Shown piece by piece: positions 27,139 through 33,680 of a stretch of DNA of 63,204 nucleotides. The notes below the pieces were generated by a model. The model did not search any database. It was not told the DNA's origin and was given only the letters and a program-made list of their open reading frames with translations. This stretch comes from a bacterium (GTDB taxonomy: Bacteria; UBA9089; JASEIO01): contig JASEIO010000002.1 in NCBI GenBank assembly GCA_030017475.1, positions 1 through 63,204 of the forward strand, given 5' to 3'. Made by a program: the position numbers and the translations under genes. How positions within the stretch are numbered: position 1 is the stretch's first letter; each line of letters opens with the position of its first letter.

Positions 27139-28107
27139 CTTTAATGCCTCTCTAATCTCTTCCATAGTCTGCTTAGCAATCTTTCGTGCCCGCTCAGCTC
27201 CTTCTTCTAAGATATCTATAATCAGCTTCGGTGTAGCCTCTAATTCGTGCCGTCTTATTTGGATATCCTTTAAATACTCGATTAGACAATGGCTTAATTC
27301 CTCTTTGCAATCAGTACATCCAATCTTAGCCTCTTTGCAGTCAATACTTATTTTCGAAACTCGCTTAGCATTAAAAACAGTATGGAAAGGAAACAACCTG
27401 CAATTTGAAGGATGACCAGGATCATTTAGCCTTGGTCTTTCAGTATCAGTAATCATATGCCTGACCTTTTCCCTCAATGTTTTTTCAGAATCTGAGATAT
27501 AAATGCAATTATCAAAACTCTTTGACATCTTTCGACCATCTATGCCTGGGAGCCGGGATGTTTTTGTAAGCAAAGGAGCAGGCACAGGAAACACTTCTCC
27601 ATACAAATAGTTAAAGCGTCTTGTAATCTCCCGTGTCAACTCTAAATGTGGCAATTGATCTTCCCCCACAGGTACAAGCGTAGCCTTGTATATTAATATA
27701 TCAGCTGACTGTAATACTGGATAACCTAAAAAACCATAAGTAGAAAGGCGCTCTTCACCCAATTCCTTTTTTTGTTCTCTGTAAGTTGGATTTCTTTCTA
27801 ACCAAGAGATAGGAGTAATTATGGAAAGCAAGAGATGTAATTCTGCATGCTCTGGGATATCTGACTGAAGGAAGAGCGTGGATTTCTCCGGGCTAATTCC
27901 AACTGCCAACCAATCAATAAGCATATCCTTCACATTTTCCTGGATTTTACTTGTATCCGAATAATCAGTAGTTAAGGCATGCCAATCAGCAATCATGTAA
28001 AGGCATTCGTATTTATCTTGTAAACTTCTCCAGTTATCTAGTGCCCCTACGAAGTGTCCTAAATGAAGACGTCCAGTTGGACGCATACCTGATAAAACCC
28101 TATCCAT
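27121..28107 (-). CDS. trpS: Tryptophan--tRNA ligase
   Basis: Class I HIGH-type motif (GRLHLGHFVG) and KMSKS. 328 aa. Confidence 0.92.
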   Translation of the reverse strand: MDRVLSGMRPTGRLHLGHFVGALDNWRSLQDKYECLYMIADWHALTTDYSDTSKIQENVKDMLIDWLAVGISPEKSTLFLQSDIPEHAELHLLLSIITPISWLERNPTYREQKKELGEERLSTYGFLGYPVLQSADILIYKATLVPVGEDQLPHLELTREITRRFNYLYGEVFPVPAPLLTKTSRLPGIDGRKMSKSFDNCIYISDSEKTLREKVRHMITDTERPRLNDPGHPSNCRLFPFHTVFNAKRVSKISIDCKEAKIGCTDCKEELSHCLIEYLKDIQIRRHELEATPKLIIDILEEGAERARKIAKQTMEEIREALKISYKL

Positions 28108-28231
28108 CTCTCCACCATATTTAGTTATTTCTCTTTCTCAATGATGACTACTTTGGCTGTTTCTCCTGATTTCATATATGCCTGTTTTTGAGTATTTCTG
28201 GTAACCTCCTTTTTATCCGAAAGCCTTCTCT

Positions 28232-28855
28232 TTAGATACCGATCACTTCTCCAGTAAATAGATAGCTAAATGTAGTGACAAATCTTGAAATTATTGACCA
28301 AATAATATTAAATCCAGTCATTCTTCCAAACATAATTATAAAAAGCAAGATAAAGGGACCGAATGGCTCCAGTTTACTAAATTCATAGGCCTGTTGTCTT
28401 GGCAAAATACCCATCAAAATCTTTGAACCATCTAAAGGTGGAATAGGGATAATGTTAAATGCGCAAAGAACTAAATTTATTAAAACTGCGTACATAAATA
28501 TATATGCAAGAAGTGTGGAAAGGTTAATAAAAAAACGAAAAAGTGCTCCACATGCAAAGGCACAAATTATATTTGCCATAGGCCCTGCCAAAGAGACCCA
28601 AATTATATCGTACTTTGGGTTAGAAAAGTACTGTGGATTGATTGGGACAGGCTTTGCCCATCCAATATGGGCAATAAATAACATCAAGGTACCTATAGGG
28701 TCTAAATGGTGTAGTGGATTTAAGGTAAGGCGACCCGCATATCTTGCAGTTGGATCCCCAAGGCGATTTGCCATCCATCCATGGGCATATTCATGAATAG
28801 TAATGGCCATAAGTATTCCTGGAATGATCAAGATAAATTGTGAAAAGAAACCCAT
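28232..28855 (-). CDS. M50-family (site-2 protease-like) membrane zinc peptidase
   Basis: HExxH as ITIHEYAHGW, plus NPLHHLDPIGT and polytopic TM segments. The ATG at 28855-28853 overlaps the stop of the upstream small ORF. Confidence 0.75.
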   Translation of the reverse strand: MGFFSQFILIIPGILMAITIHEYAHGWMANRLGDPTARYAGRLTLNPLHHLDPIGTLMLFIAHIGWAKPVPINPQYFSNPKYDIIWVSLAGPMANIICAFACGALFRFFINLSTLLAYIFMYAVLINLVLCAFNIIPIPPLDGSKILMGILPRQQAYEFSKLEPFGPFILLFIIMFGRMTGFNIIWSIISRFVTTFSYLFTGEVIGI

Positions 28856-29028
28856 CAATTACCTTCCTTTGCCTTAATATAGACATAGCAATCATTACAT
28901 CTATCCTTGTTATTTCTCTTGCAACATGGTAAATCGGTTGTCTCCCAACAATCTTTACCTGTTTTATAGGCAGGACACCTTAAATAATGACTTGCTGGAC
29001 AGGTTTGAATTTCATAACACCTTTTCAT
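28855..29028 (-). CDS. Unannotated Cys-rich small protein (57 aa, 8 Cys)
   Basis: Manual translation gives MKRCYEIQTCPASHYLRCPAYKTGKDCWETTDLPCCKRNNKDRCNDCYVYIKAKEGN. The start overlaps the HD-GYP stop (ATGA) and the stop overlaps the M50 start (TGATG). It exactly fills the gap between the two genes. Confidence 0.55.
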   Translation of the reverse strand: MKRCYEIQTCPASHYLRCPAYKTGKDCWETTDLPCCKRNNKDRCNDCYVYIKAKEGN

Positions 29029-31034
29029 ACCATTTCAACCTTTTCCTTCTCTTCCTCTTCTAAAATCTCTATGAAGGCATCTACAACTTGAGGATCATAC
29101 CTTCTTTCATTCCTCAATTCCTGAATAACCTTCTCTTTTGAAAGGGCCTTTCTATATACCCTATCTGATGTCATAGCCTCATATACATCTACTACTGCAA
29201 TGATTTTTGCTATTATATTTATCTCATCACCCTTTATCGAATCTGGATATCCTGTTCCATCCATCCTTTCATGATGATGCCTCACCCCTTTATACACCTC
29301 TTCTGGAAATTCTATTGGCTGCTTTTTCATCAATTCAACCCCATTTGATGGATGCCTTTTTATAATCTCCCATTCTTCATCATTCAATTCTCCTGGCTTT
29401 TGAAGAATATTATCTGGAATATGTATCTTCCCTATATCATGTAAGATTGCAGAAATACGTGTAGCCTCAACCATATATTCTTTTAAACCAAGCCATCTTG
29501 CAATCTTCTCTGCATACATTGCTACCCTTGATGAATGTCCAAATGTGTACTCATCCCTTGCTTCAAACGCAGAGGTTAAGGTGAAGATTATGTTACCCAT
29601 CTCCCTTACCTTCTCTTCGGCTTTATCATTAATTAAGCGAATATCTTCAATTGCAACCGAAAATGTGTTACCCAATGAAGAAAGGAAGGAAAGCTCCTCT
29701 AAGGTATAGAGATCACCAGTTGACTTCTCTCCAAGACCTAAGATGCCGATTAATTTCCCTCTAAAAAACGGAACAAACAAAGTAGCTTGAAGGTTCTGGA
29801 ATAAAGGCCTAATCTTGTAAGCCTGATCTTTAAGCGAAGGATTTTCATCAAGTTCTGCCAAAAGAAGTGGTCGTTTTTCACTTGAAAGATACCTGATCAA
29901 ACCATCATTTTCCTCTATCCTTACCTTTCTTGTTCCACTTTCATTTATCCCACTACAAAACGTAACCTTATACTCCCACTTTTTCTCATCCAATAACATT
30001 AAAGAGACACCTCTAACACCCATTGGTTGCTTAACCGAACTAACTATTAATGTAAAAAGCTCATCCAGACTAAAAATAGAAGATATGCTTTCACTTAACC
30101 TCTCCAAAAACTTCTCCCTCTCAAGAGACCTCCGATAAAAAATCCTATCAATCCAAGATTGGATCCACTCCCTTGCTGGCACAAGGAAAATAGCGATCAA
30201 GAACGCCATAAAAAGGCAAATAAAAAAGGTCTCAATCCCAGTAAGCTTTCTAATTGCCCTTTCTATACACAACATACCACCAAGAAAGAAAAATGTCATA
30301 AGGGCACTCACAATAACATAAGCCGTACTCCTTCTAATTACAACCTCGATATCCATCAGGTGGTATTTGATGATAGCATAGGCTATGATTATACCATAGA
30401 TAACCGTTGCTAAATAGGCAGAATAGACAGCTGGGTATATTTTCATTACCCCAGATGCCAAAAGAAAATTAGGGACACCTCCAAATATAACTATACATAT
30501 CCCACTGAATAGAAACTTCATACGGTTCTTCTCTATGGGAGAGGTTGTCGCCCTATATTTTCTATACAAAAGATAGGTTCCATATGTGAAAAAGAACCAG
30601 AAGAATAAAATGAAAAAGTAGTTTGTTAATCCTCCTCCTACAGGATAGTAGCCTCCATATACCTTGATAGCATCCTTTACAAAAAATCCTGAGTATGTAA
30701 GAAGTAATAGAATAAGACCACCAATATATCCGAAAAGGCGTAACACTTTTTTTATCTTAGTATAATCTCCAGTAACAGCTAACACAAACTGGTAGAAGGT
30801 TATAGGTATAAAAATAACACCTATACTTAAGGCTGTTAGCCAAATTATGGCATATTCTTTAACAGGAATAAGAAATCCTCCAAGGAGTCTAAAGGACCAA
30901 ATTGCTCCGCAAATGGCAAAATAACAAAATCTCTTATTTACTTCTCTCTTTGTGCCTTTAGAAAGTACAAAGATTCCAATGAATAAAGTCAAGATACCAG
31001 CAAAAAATGGGATGATAGAATGGATGATAATCAT
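29025..31034 (-). CDS. Membrane sensor: N-terminal 7TM region, GAF domain, HD-GYP c-di-GMP phosphodiesterase domain
   Basis: About 7 TM helices in the first 290 aa, then a central GAF-like region. The C-terminus carries HDIGKIHIP...HHERMDGTGYPD, so the HD and GYP motifs are intact. Confidence 0.85.
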   Translation of the reverse strand: MIIIHSIIPFFAGILTLFIGIFVLSKGTKREVNKRFCYFAICGAIWSFRLLGGFLIPVKEYAIIWLTALSIGVIFIPITFYQFVLAVTGDYTKIKKVLRLFGYIGGLILLLLTYSGFFVKDAIKVYGGYYPVGGGLTNYFFILFFWFFFTYGTYLLYRKYRATTSPIEKNRMKFLFSGICIVIFGGVPNFLLASGVMKIYPAVYSAYLATVIYGIIIAYAIIKYHLMDIEVVIRRSTAYVIVSALMTFFFLGGMLCIERAIRKLTGIETFFICLFMAFLIAIFLVPAREWIQSWIDRIFYRRSLEREKFLERLSESISSIFSLDELFTLIVSSVKQPMGVRGVSLMLLDEKKWEYKVTFCSGINESGTRKVRIEENDGLIRYLSSEKRPLLLAELDENPSLKDQAYKIRPLFQNLQATLFVPFFRGKLIGILGLGEKSTGDLYTLEELSFLSSLGNTFSVAIEDIRLINDKAEEKVREMGNIIFTLTSAFEARDEYTFGHSSRVAMYAEKIARWLGLKEYMVEATRISAILHDIGKIHIPDNILQKPGELNDEEWEIIKRHPSNGVELMKKQPIEFPEEVYKGVRHHHERMDGTGYPDSIKGDEINIIAKIIAVVDVYEAMTSDRVYRKALSKEKVIQELRNERRYDPQVVDAFIEILEEEEKEKVEMV

Positions 31035-31630
31035 CTATAGTCTCTTCCCTTAGCTAATACACCTTTTATAAAGTTTAAAGGTAGAAGGGCGTAAACCTCT
31101 TTTTTGTATTCAATATACTCTTTCCCAAATTTCTCAATCAGTGCTTTTTCTTCTAAGTATATCCTCCAGAGTGTTATTGGAAGATAGATCAGCCAGATGA
31201 GAAGAAGTGAATAATAGGAATTTGGTATAAGGGCAAGACCAGTCATTTCGATTAAAAGACATAACAAATGGGGGTGCCTCACATATCTATATGGACCTTC
31301 CTTTATCAACCTGTGATCTTTCTTTATCTCAATATAATGACTCCAATATTTACCCAACGATTTAATGACCCATTCTCTATTAAATATACCAAAAAAATAC
31401 ATAATAAAACCAGTGGAACAAATCGCTAAATTAACTCTTCGTCTAAAAAGAAGGTATTCAATTGCACATCCAATAAATAAAACCATATACAGTATAAACT
31501 GAATAGGATAAATCGACTTTGAATATATAACCCCCTTTTCTTCCTTATTTCTACTAGTTGCAGATCTTCTCATCTGCCTATAAATAAGGGATAGAAATAA
31601 GAAGGCTATATAAAAAAGAGTAAAATTCAC
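31031..31630 (-). CDS. ICMT/PEMT-family membrane carboxyl methyltransferase-like protein (copy 1)
   Basis: LIKEGPYRYVRHPHLL...YLEEKALIEKFGKEYIEYKKEV is the ICMT-type C-terminal motif. Polytopic. Paralog of 33048..33662. GTGA overlap with the upstream gene and ATGA overlap with the downstream gene. Confidence 0.7.
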   Translation of the reverse strand: MNFTLFYIAFLFLSLIYRQMRRSATSRNKEEKGVIYSKSIYPIQFILYMVLFIGCAIEYLLFRRRVNLAICSTGFIMYFFGIFNREWVIKSLGKYWSHYIEIKKDHRLIKEGPYRYVRHPHLLCLLIEMTGLALIPNSYYSLLLIWLIYLPITLWRIYLEEKALIEKFGKEYIEYKKEVYALLPLNFIKGVLAKGRDYR

Positions 31631-32046
31631 TCTAATCCCCCTTCGACCCTTTTTTTAACACATCTCAATGTATTATTACCTATTTTCTTTAAAATTCTAG
31701 CTACAATTGGCTCTAAAATAAGTTTACCTAACGATATCTTATAATTAAAATTATGAACTAAGGTCATTTTTGTTCCCTCAAGTGTCTCTTCAAACCTCCA
31801 TTCAGCTATTAAACCCCTTAAAGGACCTTCAAGCTGTTTAGATCTCATCAATCTATCTTTAATAGTAATAATAGACCTCCATTTAATCATTCCCTCTCTC
31901 TTAATCATTATTCTGTTTCCCTCTTTGCTAATAATATCCATTTTTCTATGAGATGACAAAAACTCAGGCCATCTTTCTACATCAGCCATCACCTGAAAAA
32001 CCTTATCAATATCTCCCTTGATCACAATTGAATTTTCAATATGCAA
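31627..32046 (-). CDS. SRPBCC (polyketide cyclase/dehydrase, START-like) protein (copy 1)
   Basis: 139 aa. SIVIKGDIDKVFQVMADVERWPEFL...LEGPLRGLIAEWRFEE. Clear paralog of 36078..36533. Apparent TTG start behind AAGGGGGA. Confidence 0.7.
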   Translation of the reverse strand: MHIENSIVIKGDIDKVFQVMADVERWPEFLSSHRKMDIISKEGNRIMIKREGMIKWRSIITIKDRLMRSKQLEGPLRGLIAEWRFEETLEGTKMTLVHNFNYKISLGKLILEPIVARILKKIGNNTLRCVKKRVEGGLE

Positions 32047-32101
32047 TATTTATATCCCCCTTCTCTTTACTCCTCCTCCCAATTTTCACTAAACCTTTCC
32101 T

Positions 32102-32356
32102 TCAATCCTCTTGAGAATCCTTATTTGATTTAGAAGCAGGAACAATAAGCTTTATCATTGCTTCATGTTGTTTAATCATTGCTTCATGCTGATCAGATAA
32201 CTTTGCCATCAATTCTCTTGTAGCCTTCCCTTCACTCTTTATTAACTCTCCTATATATCTTTTAATACTTCTACCGTTTATCCATGCAGATAGAGTAAGG
32301 AATACACCAAGAATCGTAAATCCACCAAATATGGCACCTACAATAGAACCTGTCAT
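32102..32356 (-). CDS. Small single-TM repeat protein (paralog C; altered C-terminus)
   Basis: N-terminal TM followed by an NGR motif, then the HEAMIKQ HEAMIKL tandem (21-nt repeat, 32154-32195). Start trimmed to ATG 32356, behind AAGGAGTGG. Confidence 0.5.
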   Translation of the reverse strand: MTGSIVGAIFGGFTILGVFLTLSAWINGRSIKRYIGELIKSEGKATRELMAKLSDQHEAMIKQHEAMIKLIVPASKSNKDSQED

Positions 32357-32371
32357 TTTAAAATCCACTCC

Positions 32372-32635
32372 TTATCCCTTTGCGAGTACCTTTATAAGCT
32401 CAATCACTTCACAATGTCTCTCTTCTGCCCGTTCATCCATCCCTCTAAATCCTTGATCTATCTTCTCACCAGGCATCCTTGTTGTTGTATCTATCTTATC
32501 ACCAAGCGTTCTTGTTGTTATATCTATCTTCTCGAGCACCCTTCCATTCTGTTTCAATACTCTTCCCATGAGAATAGAAAGATATGCACCGAGTACAGCA
32601 AGGTATATCCCCAAAAATAATTGAAATAGATCCAT
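32372..32635 (-). CDS. Small single-TM repeat protein (paralog B)
   Basis: N-terminal TM, an NGR motif, and the 11-aa tandem KIDITTRTLGD/KIDTTTRMPGE/KID (33-nt repeat, 32456-32535). SD AGGAGGAAAGGG. Confidence 0.5.
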   Translation of the reverse strand: MDLFQLFLGIYLAVLGAYLSILMGRVLKQNGRVLEKIDITTRTLGDKIDTTTRMPGEKIDQGFRGMDERAEERHCEVIELIKVLAKG

Positions 32636-32737
32636 TCCCTTTCCTCCTCTTTACGAATGCTTTTAGAGATGAAGTACATCACTTCCTTCGTCATAATATA
32701 CAGTTGACCCAATTTTTACTCCTCCTCCCAGTTTTTA

Positions 32738-33022
32738 CTAAACCTTTCCTTCAATCCTCTCCAATATCTTTGTCTGATTCAGAAGCATCTGAGCTAATCT
32801 CTCTTGTCCTTGCTCAATCATCTTAGCCATTTCTCTTTGTCCTTGAGCTAATACCTCAAATCCTTTCTCCTGTCCCTTTTCAACTCGTTCTAAGACAAAC
32901 ATCATACTGTTTAAACCTGCCATTATATCCATCTGAAGCCTTCCATTACTCTTCCAGATGTAAGCAAAAATTAGACCCAAAAGGGTTAGGCTTAAACCTA
33001 CTATACCTATAGCAATCTCCAT
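32738..33022 (-). CDS. Small single-TM repeat protein (paralog A)
   Basis: N-terminal TM, an NGR motif, and a Q/E-rich coiled-coil-like tail (EKGQEKGFEVLAQGQREMAKMIEQGQERLAQ). SD GGAGGA. Confidence 0.55.
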   Translation of the reverse strand: MEIAIGIVGLSLTLLGLIFAYIWKSNGRLQMDIMAGLNSMMFVLERVEKGQEKGFEVLAQGQREMAKMIEQGQERLAQMLLNQTKILERIEGKV

Positions 33023-33047
33023 ATTTTTTATCCTCCAAATATATCCT

Positions 33048-33662
33048 TTAAGATCCTTTACGAGATATCCTCTTCAAAGGTAAAAATGCATAGACCTCCT
33101 TTTTATAATTAAGGTATTCATCACCAAATTTCTCAATCATTGCTTTCTCCTCTAAATATGCCCTATAGATAACAAAAGGGATAAAAATAAACAAGGTAGC
33201 GATTAATGAATAATAGGCGTTAGGTATAATGGTAAGGCCAATTGTTTCAATTGTTACACAAAAGGATAATGGATGTCTCATATATCCATATGGACCACTC
33301 TTTATTAATTTATGATCTTCCATTATCTTAATGTCCGGACTCATATATTTCCCTAATGCAACCACTGCCTTTGCCCTAACTGGTATTACGGATACATACA
33401 TCAATAACCCTATTCCACTTAAGATCAAATTAACCCTGACCCGTGTAGATATGATGTATCTACAATAAAAGTATTCTAAGATTGCTCCAACAGCTATTAT
33501 AAGGTAAAGGGCAAGTAAGATGGGATATGTTAATCCTGCATAGACCTTCCCTTCATGTGGTTCAACCTCATAGGACTTGAGTAGTCTCCGTATTCGATAG
33601 ATAATAGATATAACAATAAAACCTATGTATAGTTGGGTAAAGTATTGATGGATAAGATTCAT
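33048..33662 (-). CDS. ICMT/PEMT-family membrane carboxyl methyltransferase-like protein (copy 2)
   Basis: LIKSGPYGYMRHPLSF...YLEEKAMIEKFGDEYLNYKKEV. Paralog of 31031..31630. The ORF-track GTG at 33671 was trimmed to ATG 33662, behind GAGGTGG. Confidence 0.7.
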   Translation of the reverse strand: MNLIHQYFTQLYIGFIVISIIYRIRRLLKSYEVEPHEGKVYAGLTYPILLALYLIIAVGAILEYFYCRYIISTRVRVNLILSGIGLLMYVSVIPVRAKAVVALGKYMSPDIKIMEDHKLIKSGPYGYMRHPLSFCVTIETIGLTIIPNAYYSLIATLFIFIPFVIYRAYLEEKAMIEKFGDEYLNYKKEVYAFLPLKRISRKGS

Positions 33663-33680
33663 CCATGCCACCTCTAATCT

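Noticed and set aside
28108-28231. Possible T-box or Trp leader upstream of trpS
   Set aside because: The spacer is only 124 nt, too short for a T-box. I saw no specifier/antiterminator architecture. The only mini-ORF (MKSGETAKVVIIEKEK) has no Trp codons.
32456-32535. 33-nt tandem repeats that might look like a mini CRISPR or VNTR
   Set aside because: The repeats are directly adjacent with no spacers, are in frame, and encode an 11-aa peptide repeat inside a small ORF. No cas genes are present in the window.
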